A stretch of 64,000 nucleotides of DNA from Butyrivibrio sp. (GTDB lineage Bacteria > Bacillota > Clostridia > Lachnospirales > Lachnospiraceae), in contig JAKVKH010000021.1 of NCBI GenBank assembly GCA_022486625.1, positions 1,008 to 65,007 on the forward strand. Direction: 5' to 3'. Of this stretch, positions 29,671-40,656 are shown piece after piece (the first letter of the stretch is position 1; each line of letters starts with the position of its first letter). The notes under the pieces are model-generated. The model had not been told where the DNA came from and ran no database searches. It worked only from the letters and a program-made list of their open reading frames with translations. A program made the position numbers and the translations under genes.

Positions 29671-31390
29671 TTATTCTGCTGTGCAGTCATTTACCCAGGC
29701 GATAAAGTTGTCTGTACTGTTACCTGTGCGCTCTGCTGTGGTATGCGGCTGTCCCCATACAGTTGCAAAGTCTACACTCTTTACCCCATAGTTTTTCAGT
29801 GCCAGCTTCAGATCCTCTTCTGTGCAGAGTGCTGTATCGGACTGATTGATTCCGGTACGAATTCTCCAGTATTTTGCCACATTGGAAGTCTTATAACCAT
29901 CATAATAATCAGACAGGAAATACATCGGATTATACATGTCCGAACGTGTTGTCATTACTGTGCCGATTTCATCCTTTGCGGCCAGGTCCGCTGCAAAATC
30001 AGTCAGACAGGAAGCCTTCCAGTCTGAAAACTTTGCATACTTTGTCTGGTTCTTAATCAGCAGTGCATTTTCAAAAGCATCAAAATGAGCAGCTGTATTT
30101 TCTGCATTTCCAAACAGATTATTCTCACCGCGGCTCTTATCAAGTACATCAAAAGCGCCGACCGGCTTACTCGGATTCTTGCAGTTCTTTACAAAATCAC
30201 CCACATTTGTAATTGTAGCCTTATTTGCCGCTGCATCATAGCTGATCCACTTTCCGTCTTTATTCAGTGAATCAATGTAATCCTGCGGTGTCTGATATAC
30301 AACGCTCTCAGATGAAGATGAGCCGCCTCCCGGCATTCCTGCGCCGCCTGCAGCCATACCATGTCCGTCTCCGTCAGGCTTTGTTCCTGAAGGCATACCC
30401 TGTGCACCTGTCGGTACTCCGGTGCCCTGATCGCCGTTCGCCTGTGCAAAGCCCTGTGCTCCGCCGGAAGTCGGTGTATTACCGACCTGTACCGCAGTCG
30501 CCGTATAGGTATACGGGAAGCTGTTATCGCTCAGAAAATTGTTCAGTGAAGTTTCAATTTCAGTCTTCATATAATCATAATAACTGCCGGCATTGCAGAT
30601 GCCGGTATCTGACTTTGTCAGTGAAAGTGTCGTTCCATCTTCACTCTTAAGTCCCATCTGATTGATATAGTCTGCAAACTCCGCTGCCATATCTGCAGAA
30701 AGCGCTGACGTGAACGTGGAAGAAGCACGTGTGTCTGTATCAAAATACTGTCCCATATTCCACTCATATGCTTCATCTGCAATATCCAGATTGGTAACAG
30801 GGCACCAGCACATGGAACCTGTCACAGCATCATTGACTGCCGTTCCGTTACAATAGGTCATGGCTGCGCCGATACTTTCAAGGTAAGGTGTATACAGAAC
30901 GCTGTTTCCCGTTGCACCTGCCAGTGCACTCTGTGCCCCTCCTCCGCTCATACCGTAAGTGTAGAAATTATCTGTATCTCCCGGAAGTACATTCAGGTTA
31001 TAACGGATATAACGGATGGCTGCCTTCAGATCGGTAATTCCCCAGGGCGCACCGCAACTGTAGGAAAGTGCTGTATCCGACGTTCCGCTCATTCCCTGTC
31101 TTCTGCGCATTCCTGCCAGCACATAGACAAATCCTGCTTTCACATAGTCCGATACAGAGTCATAACTGTATGACGTCGGTGCTGCCTGCGCAGCATAGCC
31201 GGGAGTATCTATCGGCCAGACCACCGGCGCTGTTGATGCCGTATACCCTTTTATCGTCCCGCATGATTTACCGTGCAGGTATAGGTTCCTCTCCCGCCGC
31301 CTTTGCTGACAGCGGTTCCGATACCGCTCTCATTGAAAGCGCTGTTGACGCTACAAGAACACATGATAGTAACTTCTTTCCAAATCTCAT
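29671..31390 (-). pseudogene. Disrupted subtype A tannase-like esterase
   Basis: Signal-peptide ORF 31268..31390, a GTYTCTVN fragment in a second frame, and the catalytic body (TAPVVWPIDTPGY, GMSGGGAQS, WCPVT, WGQPHTTAER) in a third frame. Confidence 0.72.
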
Positions 31391-31605
31391 TCCTGTTACC
31401 CTTCCTTTCTGAAAGGCATACACTCCGATTTGGGTCAAAGACCCTCATTCTGCAGCATTCTCTGTAAAAGACCGTTTTTCTCTGCTCATTTTTACAGAGA
31501 AAAAGTGCACGATATATTATAAAAATACATCATGCACTTATTGTCTATTATTATATTCTGTTTTTATCTGAAATACATATGTTTTTTTATCAAAAAAGCA
31601 TATTT

Positions 31606-32688
31606 TTACAGCTTATGGAAGCAGATGCAGTTCGGCTGATCCACTTTGATCTCAGGTCCATTCATCACCAATGTCTTCTTTGCCATATCTACTTTAAAGA
31701 AACTCATACTGTTAGACTCATGGTTCAATGAAACCAGATGCCTGTTATCAGGGAACAGTGCCGCATCTTTCGGATACTCTCCTGCGATCGGCAGCCCCAG
31801 CACCTTCTTAAGCAGACCCGTTTTTTTATCTACCCTGAAAATATCCACGTCATTTTCTCCGATGGAAGAACTGAGCAGATAATTAAAGTCCTCAGAAAAG
31901 CTGAGCGCACTCGTTGCAATTCCCTGCGTGTCACTGGTCTCGCATGTAGATACCGTCTGAATCCTTTCAAATTCAGGAATATTGTCATGCTCTTCATAAG
32001 AATAAACTTCAATGGAATTCTTCTGTTCATGCACAATATACAGGAACCTTCCGTCATCCGAAAACTTCAGATGTCTTGGTGCCGATTCCTGATCGCAGTG
32101 AATAATATCCACTGACCTCAGCTTTCCCGTTTCACGATTCAGCAGATAAACATTGACGCGATCCATGCCAAGATCCGCTGCACAAAGGAACTTATTGTCT
32201 CTTGTCATCTTGACGCACTGCACATGCGGTCTGTGATTACGTCCTGCAGCAGAACCAAGACCCTTCTGATAAATTTCATCAGTGATCTCTCCGATGCTGC
32301 CATCCTCATTCAGGCGAAGTACAGTTACCTTACCATCATGGTATCCTGCGCAGAACAGGTATTTATCTTCATAGTCAGTAGAAAGATAACACCCTCTCAT
32401 TCCATTGATCGATGCTTCATTGATCATGGTCAGAAGGCCATCCTTCTCCATACGATATGATTCCACACCAAAATCGGTAATAGAGTACAGGTATTTACAG
32501 TCATGTGACTGCGCAATATAAGAAGAATTGGTAATCTTAATCTTCTCCTTCTCTGTCATTCGTCCGTTCTCTACGTCCACATCATATACTCGAATACCAT
32601 ATTTATCGCCCGTACCATTGGTATAACTTGATACATACGCTACAAACCGTTCATTTCTGTTTACTTCTTTACTGATTTCTTTTGCCAT
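31606..32688 (-). CDS. Lactonase family 7-bladed beta-propeller (6-phosphogluconolactonase-like)
   Basis: YVSSYT, HVQCV, ADLGMD, PRHL, YPKD repeats. Confidence 0.88.
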   Translation of the reverse strand: MAKEISKEVNRNERFVAYVSSYTNGTGDKYGIRVYDVDVENGRMTEKEKIKITNSSYIAQSHDCKYLYSITDFGVESYRMEKDGLLTMINEASINGMRGCYLSTDYEDKYLFCAGYHDGKVTVLRLNEDGSIGEITDEIYQKGLGSAAGRNHRPHVQCVKMTRDNKFLCAADLGMDRVNVYLLNRETGKLRSVDIIHCDQESAPRHLKFSDDGRFLYIVHEQKNSIEVYSYEEHDNIPEFERIQTVSTCETSDTQGIATSALSFSEDFNYLLSSSIGENDVDIFRVDKKTGLLKKVLGLPIAGEYPKDAALFPDNRHLVSLNHESNSMSFFKVDMAKKTLVMNGPEIKVDQPNCICFHKL

Positions 32689-32725
32689 GAAACTCTGTGC
32701 CTCCTGAACTTATATCGTCATGATA

Positions 32726-32856
32726 TGAGTTTAGCATAAATGAAAACGCTTGTTAAATGGTTTTAAAAAAATAATTTGAAAATTCTATCCGATATTGATT
32801 GACATGCTTTCTGCCAAATGTATAATATACATCGTTGAGTTTAGCATGAGTAAACT
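32726..32856. promoter_or_regulatory. Repeated candidate operator flanking the pot promoter
   Basis: TGAGTTTAGCAT at 32726-32737 and 32836-32847; the second lies in the palindrome AGTTTA-N7-TAAACT (32838-32856). Confidence 0.55.
32799..32826 (+). promoter_or_regulatory. Consensus sigma70 promoter of the regulator-potABCD operon
   Basis: TTGACA-N16-TATAAT. Confidence 0.8.
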
Positions 32857-32931
32857 TTATGTTTATTTCCACTGTTGATGTCAGACAGCGCAGACACATA
32901 CATTTTTTCGTACAGAAAGAAGGGGCAGTGA

Positions 32932-33474
32932 ATGGATATCGGCCATAAAATCAAGGAGCTGCGGATTCAGAAGCATCTGACACAGGAAGAACTTGCGGAC
33001 CGGTGTGAGCTGACAAAGGGATTTATCTCTCAGCTTGAACGTGATCACACCTCGCCTTCCATTGCCACACTGATGGACATCCTGCAGTGCCTTGGAACAG
33101 ATCTTCCGTCTTTTTTCAACAATGATGATAAGGATGAACAGATTGTGTTTCATCAGTCTGATTATTTTGTCAAAAAAGACGACGAACTGCATAACCAGAT
33201 CGAATGGATCATTCCGAATGCACAGAAAAACATCATGGAACCGATCCGTCTGACGCTGGAACCGGGCGGATCAACATATCCGGACAATCCCCATGAGGGA
33301 GAAGAATTCGGTTATGTGCTTGCCGGAAGCATCCAGATCATTCTGGGACGCCGAGTTCTCCGGGCACGCAAGGGAGAATCGTTCTATTTCACACCTGGTT
33401 CTCAGCATTACATCCGGGCAAATGAGAAAACCGGCGCTGTCATTATCTGGGTCAGCAGTCCGCCAAGTTTCTGA
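32932..33474 (+). CDS. XRE-family HTH + cupin transcriptional regulator (PuuR-like)
   Basis: LTQEELADRCELTKGFISQLERD HTH; HEGEEFGYVL cupin. Confidence 0.92.
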   Translation: MDIGHKIKELRIQKHLTQEELADRCELTKGFISQLERDHTSPSIATLMDILQCLGTDLPSFFNNDDKDEQIVFHQSDYFVKKDDELHNQIEWIIPNAQKNIMEPIRLTLEPGGSTYPDNPHEGEEFGYVLAGSIQIILGRRVLRARKGESFYFTPGSQHYIRANEKTGAVIIWVSSPPSF

Positions 33475-33536
33475 GCAGCATGCACCGCCGCTGATAAATA
33501 TTTGAGCAAGGCTTTATTTTGGGAGGAATACCGATT

Positions 33537-34610
33537 ATGAGTAAGGATCTGATACTGCTTGAACACATTTCCAAATCCTATGACGGACAGATGATTCTGG
33601 ATGATCTGTCTCTGTCCATTCATGAGAATTCATTTGTGACACTGCTCGGCCCAAGCGGCTGCGGCAAAACGACTACACTTCGTATCCTTGGCGGCTTCGA
33701 AACACCTGACAGCGGAAAGGTTGTTTTTGACGGCAAGGATATCACAGGGCTTGCTCCCAACAAACGTCAGCTTAATACTGTCTTTCAGAAATATGCACTG
33801 TTTACGCATCTTGACATCGCGGAAAATATTGCCTTTGGTCTGAAAATAAAAAATAAATCAAAATCCTATATTGATGACAAAATCAAATATGCACTGAAGC
33901 TGGTCAATCTGGAAGGTTTTGAGCATCGTATGCCGGACTCTCTCTCCGGCGGCCAGCAACAGCGTATTGCAATTGCACGCGCCATTGTCAATGAGCCCAA
34001 GGTGCTGCTTTTGGACGAACCGCTTGGTGCACTGGATTTAAAGCTCCGTCAGGACATGCAGTACGAGCTGATCCGTCTGAAAAACGAACTGGGCATTACC
34101 TTCCTCTATGTTACACATGATCAGGAGGAGGCACTGACCATGTCTGATCATATTGTAGTTATGAATCAGGGCTATATCCAGCAGGAAGGCTCTCCGGAAA
34201 AGATCTACAACGAACCTGAAAACGCATTTGTTGCCGACTTTATCGGTGACAGCAACATCATTCCCGCAACCATGGTACGTGATGAACTTGTTGAAATTCT
34301 CGGTGCAAAGTTTGCCTGTGTCGATAAAGACTTTGGCGAAAACAAGCCGGTTGACGTTGTCATCCGTCCTGAAGATGTCGAACTTGTAAGTCCGGAAAAA
34401 GGGACCCTCACCGGCGAAGTCACGCATATCATATTCAAGGGTGTACATTATGAAATGACCGTTCAGGCCGGCGGTTTCGAATGGCTGGTACATTCCACCA
34501 GAATGTCCGCACCGGGTACAAAGGTCGGCATTACAGTGGATCCGTTCAACATTCAGATCATGAACCGTCCTGCATCAGAAGACGAGGAGGCAATCAGCGA
34601 AAATGCTTAA
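33537..34610 (+). CDS. potA: Spermidine/putrescine ABC transporter ATPase
   Basis: [31 protein letters not shown]-like C-terminus. Confidence 0.93.
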   Translation: MSKDLILLEHISKSYDGQMILDDLSLSIHENSFVTLLGPSGCGKTTTLRILGGFETPDSGKVVFDGKDITGLAPNKRQLNTVFQKYALFTHLDIAENIAFGLKIKNKSKSYIDDKIKYALKLVNLEGFEHRMPDSLSGGQQQRIAIARAIVNEPKVLLLDEPLGALDLKLRQDMQYELIRLKNELGITFLYVTHDQEEALTMSDHIVVMNQGYIQQEGSPEKIYNEPENAFVADFIGDSNIIPATMVRDELVEILGAKFACVDKDFGENKPVDVVIRPEDVELVSPEKGTLTGEVTHIIFKGVHYEMTVQAGGFEWLVHSTRMSAPGTKVGITVDPFNIQIMNRPASEDEEAISENA

Positions 34611-35421
34611 ATCTGCAAAGACATCACGCCTTCTGGCCTCTCCCTATCTGGCCTGGGCCTTTATCTTTATTCTGGTTCCTCTGGGCATGATCCTGTACTA
34701 CGGACTGACAGATGATGCCGGAGCATTTACACTTCAGAATATTACCTATATTGCAAAGCCCGCCTATTTCAAATCACTGCTGCTGGCCCTTGAGCTTGGT
34801 GTCATCAGTACCGTGATCTGCTTTCTGCTGGCATATCCGCTTGGTATGATTCTGGCCGGAATGAAACTTGGCAGACATGAATTCATCCTCACCCTTTTTA
34901 TTCTGCCGATGTGGATGAACTTTCTGCTGCGTACGCTGACCTGGATGACTCTGCTGGAACGAAAGGGAGTCCTGAATGATATCCTGGGTCTTTTGCATCT
35001 GCCTCCTGTTTACATCATCAATACACCGGCTGCAATTGTCATCGGCATGGTTTACAATTTTCTTCCGTTCATGATCCTGCCGATATACAACTCTCTGAGT
35101 AAAATTGATGATAATGTCATCAATGCCGCCCGTGATCTCGGCGCCGACCCGTTACAGACCTTTTTAAGAGTGACGCTTCCGCTCTCTGTTCCCGGAATTA
35201 TCAGCGGCATTACGATGGTTTTTATTCCTGCACTGACCACCTTCGCCATCAGTGCCATGCTCGGCGGCTCCAAAGTACTGCTGATCGGTAACGTCATCGA
35301 ACAGGAATTTACCGTTGCCTATGACTGGCATCTGGGAAGCGGCATGTCCATTATCCTGATGCTGTTTATTCTGATCAATATGGTGATTTCCTCTGTTTCT
35401 GACAGAAAGGAGGCCGGCTGA
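34603..35421 (+). CDS. potB: Spermidine/putrescine ABC permease
   Basis: [14 protein letters not shown]-like loop NAARDLGA, operon context. Confidence 0.9.
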   Translation: MLKSAKTSRLLASPYLAWAFIFILVPLGMILYYGLTDDAGAFTLQNITYIAKPAYFKSLLLALELGVISTVICFLLAYPLGMILAGMKLGRHEFILTLFILPMWMNFLLRTLTWMTLLERKGVLNDILGLLHLPPVYIINTPAAIVIGMVYNFLPFMILPIYNSLSKIDDNVINAARDLGADPLQTFLRVTLPLSVPGIISGITMVFIPALTTFAISAMLGGSKVLLIGNVIEQEFTVAYDWHLGSGMSIILMLFILINMVISSVSDRKEAG

Positions 35422-35423
35422 AC

Positions 35424-36203
35424 ATGAAAAAAACATTTGAAAAAATCTATCTTACACTTATATTCATTTTCATGTACGCGCCGATTGCCGCACTGATTGT
35501 CCTGTCCTTTAATGCCAGCAAATCCCGTGCAAAGTGGGGCGGATTCACATTGGAATGGTATGCAAACCTGCTGAGCGATTCGGAAGTTCTGGACGCACTG
35601 ATCAACACACTTGTCATCGCCTTTATTGCGACAATATTTGCCACACTGATCGGTACCGTTACATGTATTGCCATGATGGGACTGAAGAGACGTTCCAGAG
35701 CTATCATTATGGGTATTACCAATATCCCGATGATCAATGCGGATATCGTGACTGGTATTTCTCTGATGCTTCTGTTCCGTATAATGAATGTCAGCACCGG
35801 CTTCCTGACAGTTGTACTGGCGCATATCACCTTTAATATCCCATTTGTCATGCTCAGTGTCATGCCCAGAATGAAAGAACTGAATCCTTCCGTCTATGAG
35901 GCTGCGCTCGACCTTGGTGCAACGCCATATACCGCTTTCACGAAAACAGTTCTTCCAGACCTGCTTCCTGCGATCATATCCGGTGCGCTGATGGCCTTTA
36001 CCATGTCTCTGGATGACTTTATCATCACATACTTTACCAAGGGTTCGGGCTTCGATACGCTTTCCACACTGATCTACAATGAAGTCAAAAGAGGAATCCA
36101 GCCGGAGATCTATGCACTGTCCGCAATTATCTTTACCGTAGTTCTGCTGCTTCTTCTGTTTATTAACCGGGTTCCTCATAAACTGAGTATCCCGCACAAA
36201 TAA
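35424..36203 (+). CDS. potC: Spermidine/putrescine ABC permease
   Basis: SFNASKSRAKWGGFTLEWY, EAALDLGA, SLDDFIITYF. Confidence 0.9.
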   Translation: MKKTFEKIYLTLIFIFMYAPIAALIVLSFNASKSRAKWGGFTLEWYANLLSDSEVLDALINTLVIAFIATIFATLIGTVTCIAMMGLKRRSRAIIMGITNIPMINADIVTGISLMLLFRIMNVSTGFLTVVLAHITFNIPFVMLSVMPRMKELNPSVYEAALDLGATPYTAFTKTVLPDLLPAIISGALMAFTMSLDDFIITYFTKGSGFDTLSTLIYNEVKRGIQPEIYALSAIIFTVVLLLLLFINRVPHKLSIPHK

Positions 36204-36224
36204 AACCTTACAAAGGACAACATC

Positions 36225-37298
36225 ATGAAAAGACTTCTTTCAGTATTTCTGATTACACTTGGCTGCACCGCCATCATTCTGAGCGGCTGTGGCAGTTCTT
36301 CAGGCAGTGCCGCCGGAAAAAACGGAAAACTGTATGTATATAACTGGGGTGAATATATTGATCCGGATGTCATTACTTCCTTTGAAAAAGAAACCGGCAT
36401 TAAGGTCATCTATGATATGTTCGAATCAAATGAAATCATGTACGCAAAAATCGCACAGGATGACTCTGCCTATGATGTCATCTGTCCTTCTGATTACATG
36501 ATTCAGAAACTCATTGAATCCGGTCTTGTACAGAAGCTCGATTACAGCAAACTGCCGAATGCAACTGCAAATATCGGCAAGGATTACTGGACCAAGTCAC
36601 AGCAGTTCGATGCAGGGAACCTTTATTCCGTCCCCTACTGCTGGGGAACTGTCGGTATTCTGTATAATAAGACCATGGTCAGTGATCCGGTTGACAGCTG
36701 GAATATTCTCTGGAACAGTAAATACAAGGGTGAGATTCTCATGCAGGATTCTGTCAGAGATGCCTATATGGTAGCCCTGAAAAAAGACGGCTATTCCTGC
36801 AATACCACAGACAAGGCGCAGCTGGAACAGGCCACACAGGATCTGATTGCGCAGAAACCTCTGGTACAGGCATATGTCATTGATCAGGTGCGTGATAAGA
36901 TGATCGGAGGCGAAGCCGCGCTTGGTGTCATCTATTCGGGAGAAGCAATCTATACGAAACGTGAAAATCCGGATCTTGAATATGTGATTCCGAAAGAAGG
37001 CACAAATATCTGGATCGATTCATGGGTCATTACCAAAGATTCTAAAAACAAAGAAAATGCCCTTAAATGGATCAATTACATGTGCCGTGATGATATTGCA
37101 CTGAAAAACTTTGATTATATTACCTATTCTACCCCCAATGTAAAGGCGCAGGCTGAGATTACGGACGACGACATCCGTAATTCCAAAGTGGCATTCCCTG
37201 ATCTTAATTCTATCAAAACGGAAGCCTACAGTAACCTTGGTGAAGCAGGTGACCGCATGTACAATGACTATTGGATGCAGGTAAAATCTGCAGACTGA
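36225..37298 (+). CDS. potD: Spermidine/putrescine-binding lipoprotein
   Basis: Lipobox LSGC, VYNWGEYID, PSDYM, PKEGTNIWID. Confidence 0.92.
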   Translation: MKRLLSVFLITLGCTAIILSGCGSSSGSAAGKNGKLYVYNWGEYIDPDVITSFEKETGIKVIYDMFESNEIMYAKIAQDDSAYDVICPSDYMIQKLIESGLVQKLDYSKLPNATANIGKDYWTKSQQFDAGNLYSVPYCWGTVGILYNKTMVSDPVDSWNILWNSKYKGEILMQDSVRDAYMVALKKDGYSCNTTDKAQLEQATQDLIAQKPLVQAYVIDQVRDKMIGGEAALGVIYSGEAIYTKRENPDLEYVIPKEGTNIWIDSWVITKDSKNKENALKWINYMCRDDIALKNFDYITYSTPNVKAQAEITDDDIRNSKVAFPDLNSIKTEAYSNLGEAGDRMYNDYWMQVKSAD

Positions 37299-37331
37299 AA
37301 AAGATAGAGGTGCTTGCACCTCTATCTTTTT
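37299..37331. terminator. Bidirectional terminator
   Basis: AAAAGATAGAGGTGC-TT-GCACCTCTATCTTTT. Confidence 0.85.
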
Positions 37332-37390
37332 CAGTTTGCTTTGCAACCTCTGTTTTTATTCTACTTTGCATGCTTCATAAAAAATTTTAC

Positions 37391-38488
37391 TTATTCATGC
37401 TGCTCTGCAAGTTTTGAATACTTTTTTCTATAATGCCGATTCATTTTCATACAGTCCATCCAGCTTAAGAAATGGGCTTCACCATATCTTGTTGCTGCAA
37501 TCTGTGCAATACATCCCTTATCCAGAACAATGGCAACCGCTTCCGCATCATCTCTGCTCTTCCCAAGACAATATGCACCATCATTTAAATTAAATACCAC
37601 ATTAACATTTTTTCTGATATGAAGCCGGTCCCCATCATGCCCGTGTACATTCAGCGGAACCGTAACTTCGGTTCCGATCAGTTGGGCAAAATCATCCAAC
37701 AGCGGCTTCATATGTACTGCCCTTCTTGACATCAGCATGACAGCCTCAGATTTATTATGCACGATATGGCTGATGTCCGGACGTTTCGTATAGATTTCTT
37801 CATGAATTCTCTTTACCCTGTCCGGTGTATCTTCTATATCGTAGATAATCTGACCATTTGTTTTTCTGCTGCTGTACCCTTCGCATACACCATGGCGAAT
37901 ATCCGTATTACAGCGATCCATCAGAAAATTATTGGCAGCAATCTCCAACTTTACTGCTTCCTGAACCGCTTCTGCACTATTACTGCCAATGCAGACCGTT
38001 CCATGGTTTGACATGATCAGTCCTCTCGCCTGCTTATAACGCTGCAGCGTTTCACTGACATGATCTGCCAGTTTCTGCGTTCCGGGAAGTGCATATGGCG
38101 CACAGGGAATGCAAATCTCATCTTCTTCATACTCCGTACTTATCTCATGCAGCCCCAACGCCCCCGCGCATGAAGCATACACCTGATGCGTATGTACAAT
38201 GAATCTGGCATCTTTACGTCTCTGATAGCAAACTGCATGAACCATTTTTTCACTGGAGGGAAGTATACTTCCCTCATAGGAGAGATCCTCTGCATTTACA
38301 CAGACAATCATCTCCGGCGTCAGATCTTCATACCTGATCCCGCTTGGTGTAATCAGAAAATGTTTCTCATCGATACGGCTGCTGATATTCCCCCAGGTTC
38401 TTACCAGAAGTCCCTTATCATGCAGAAGTCTGCCTACCCTGATGATTTCTTCTTTTTCCGTCTGCATGCTGTTGCTCTTCATCGCCAT
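37391..38488 (-). CDS. Class II aldolase/adducin family protein with a duplicated domain
   Basis: TWGNIS, ITPSG, PSSE, HTH, NHG in domain 1; degenerate second copy. Confidence 0.85.
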   Translation of the reverse strand: MAMKSNSMQTEKEEIIRVGRLLHDKGLLVRTWGNISSRIDEKHFLITPSGIRYEDLTPEMIVCVNAEDLSYEGSILPSSEKMVHAVCYQRRKDARFIVHTHQVYASCAGALGLHEISTEYEEDEICIPCAPYALPGTQKLADHVSETLQRYKQARGLIMSNHGTVCIGSNSAEAVQEAVKLEIAANNFLMDRCNTDIRHGVCEGYSSRKTNGQIIYDIEDTPDRVKRIHEEIYTKRPDISHIVHNKSEAVMLMSRRAVHMKPLLDDFAQLIGTEVTVPLNVHGHDGDRLHIRKNVNVVFNLNDGAYCLGKSRDDAEAVAIVLDKGCIAQIAATRYGEAHFLSWMDCMKMNRHYRKKYSKLAEQHE

Positions 38489-38513
38489 GTTTCTTCTGTT
38501 CCCCCGGATCTGA

Positions 38514-39761
38514 TTATTTTCTGATCTGACCATTTCCGACAATCTCGTATTTATAGGAGGTCAGTTCCTTAAGTCCCATTGGTCCTCTGGCATGCAGCTT
38601 CTGTGTACTGATCCCGATCTCTGCACCGAATCCGAATTCAAAACCGTCTGTAAACCTCGTTGATGCATTGACATACACACACGCTGCATCTACTCTGTCC
38701 AGGAACATTCTTGCATGTGCTTCATTTTCTGTCACAATTGTTTCCGAATGTCCTGTATTGTAGCGATTGATATGTGCAATTGCTTCTTCCACAGAATCTA
38801 CTGTTTTCATTGAAATAATATAATCCAGATATTCCTTACCATAATCCTCTTCTGTTGCCGGAACCACATCGGGAAGTACCGCCATCGTATCTGCGTCTCC
38901 GCGCATTTCCACATGATGAGCACGCAGCTGCTCTGCAAGAAGCGGCAGGAACTGCTGCCTGATGCTGCGATGAATGACCAGTGATTCCGCAGCATTGCAT
39001 ACACCGATCCGCTGTGTTTTGGCATTAATGATGATCGGAATCGCCTTTTCAAAATCTGCCGCATCATCTACATAAATATGACAGTTTCCGGTTCCTGTTT
39101 CAATGACAGGAATAGTACTGCTTTCTACGACTGAGCGGATCAGACCCGCACTTCCCCTGGGAATCAGAACATCCACACAATCATTCATCTGCATGAATTC
39201 ACGGACTATGCTTCTGTCTGTATCTTCAATCAGCTGCAATACATCCGGATTAAACCCGCATGCGGTAAGCGTATCCCGGATTACCTGGGCAATAACTATA
39301 TTGGAATGAATCGCATCACTTCCACCTTTTAAGATTGTCACATTCCCTGACTTGAAACAAAGGCTGAATGCATCAGCTGTCACATTCGGTCTGGATTCAT
39401 AGATGATGCCGATGACACCGATCGGAACACGTACCTTTGTAATCTTCAGTCCGTTTGGTCTTTCAAACTGATCCAGTACTTCGCCAATGGGATCCGGCAG
39501 AAGAGCCACCTGCTCAAGCCCTTCTGCCATGGCATTAATCCTTCTTTCATCAAGTGCCAGCCTGTCCAGAAGTCCCGGATGCATTTCTTTTCTACGTCCA
39601 TTCTCGAGATCCTCTGCATTGGCTTTAATAATTCTCTGCTGATTATCCCGAAACGCCTGTGCGATTTTCAAAAGTGCCTGATTCTTACTCTTTGTATCTG
39701 CCCTTTGCAACTCATACTTTGCCGCAACAGCCTGTTTTCCCATTTCTGTCAGGTTACTCAT
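38514..39761 (-). CDS. proA: Gamma-glutamyl phosphate reductase
   Basis: IIYESRPNVT, GVCNAAE, FTDGFEFGFGAEIGISTQKLHARGPMGL. Confidence 0.97.
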   Translation of the reverse strand: MSNLTEMGKQAVAAKYELQRADTKSKNQALLKIAQAFRDNQQRIIKANAEDLENGRRKEMHPGLLDRLALDERRINAMAEGLEQVALLPDPIGEVLDQFERPNGLKITKVRVPIGVIGIIYESRPNVTADAFSLCFKSGNVTILKGGSDAIHSNIVIAQVIRDTLTACGFNPDVLQLIEDTDRSIVREFMQMNDCVDVLIPRGSAGLIRSVVESSTIPVIETGTGNCHIYVDDAADFEKAIPIIINAKTQRIGVCNAAESLVIHRSIRQQFLPLLAEQLRAHHVEMRGDADTMAVLPDVVPATEEDYGKEYLDYIISMKTVDSVEEAIAHINRYNTGHSETIVTENEAHARMFLDRVDAACVYVNASTRFTDGFEFGFGAEIGISTQKLHARGPMGLKELTSYKYEIVGNGQIRK

Positions 39762-39785
39762 TTCCGGTCTGTTCCTTTCTGTTTA

Positions 39786-40538
39786 TCAGTAATTAATTCC
39801 CGTGATCTGCCACTGATCCTTGTCTTTACTCAGAATAATATCCGGTGCAGCACCATCTTTGCTGATGATCAACCCTGCCTTCGTAATTTCTGCATCCATA
39901 AGATTCGTTTCTGTCACAGAAGACACCAGTGCATCTGTAAAAATATCTTCTGCCTTATATGCAGATGTAAAATCGTCCTTGCTCTTAATGGTCTTGCCAT
40001 CACCGATCCCGACATAAACGGGATATGCGCACATCTCTTCCAGTGAATCAAGATTCTTGCTTTCTACTGCCATGATAACTTCCCCTGCTGCTGCAAGTGC
40101 ATCTGCATCATTTGCCTTTGTTGCAACATCCTTTGCGGATACCAGCGTAAGAGAATCATCATCTCCGGAAAAAGTAATATCAATCCCGTTTCCCAGAAGA
40201 AGTCCATTAGAAAGTCCCGAAGTGTCAGAACTGTCATCCAGCATATACGTCTGCGTCTTTCCATCTGTTGTCTGAATCGTCACCTGATTCATACTGGCAT
40301 CAATTACAACGCCCTGTGCTTCATTTGCTGCTTTCTTATCATCGGAAGAGGCTGCTGACGCAGATGATGTTGCTGCAGATGAAGCCGACGATGCCGATGA
40401 CGAAGAAACCGCCGCCACTGAAGATACTGAAGCCGCTGCTGCAGATGATGCAGTATTTCCTGATTTTGCACTGCCACACCCTGCCAGTAAACCTGCTGCC
40501 ATAACCGTTGTCATAAAAATCACACTGAATCTTTTCAT
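39786..40538 (-). CDS. Uncharacterised lipoprotein with Ser/Ala linker
   Basis: MKRFSV...LLAGC lipobox after GGAGG. Confidence 0.8.
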   Translation of the reverse strand: MKRFSVIFMTTVMAAGLLAGCGSAKSGNTASSAAAASVSSVAAVSSSSASSASSAATSSASAASSDDKKAANEAQGVVIDASMNQVTIQTTDGKTQTYMLDDSSDTSGLSNGLLLGNGIDITFSGDDDSLTLVSAKDVATKANDADALAAAGEVIMAVESKNLDSLEEMCAYPVYVGIGDGKTIKSKDDFTSAYKAEDIFTDALVSSVTETNLMDAEITKAGLIISKDGAAPDIILSKDKDQWQITGINY

Positions 40539-40656
40539 ATGTTTTCCTCCTGTTTTAACCTCGCCGTCTGTCATATGTATGAGATCGGTAAAATCTGTGT
40601 TTTTCATTCCACCCATCTTTTATTATAAATGTTTTCAGTATATTAGCAAATCGCAG

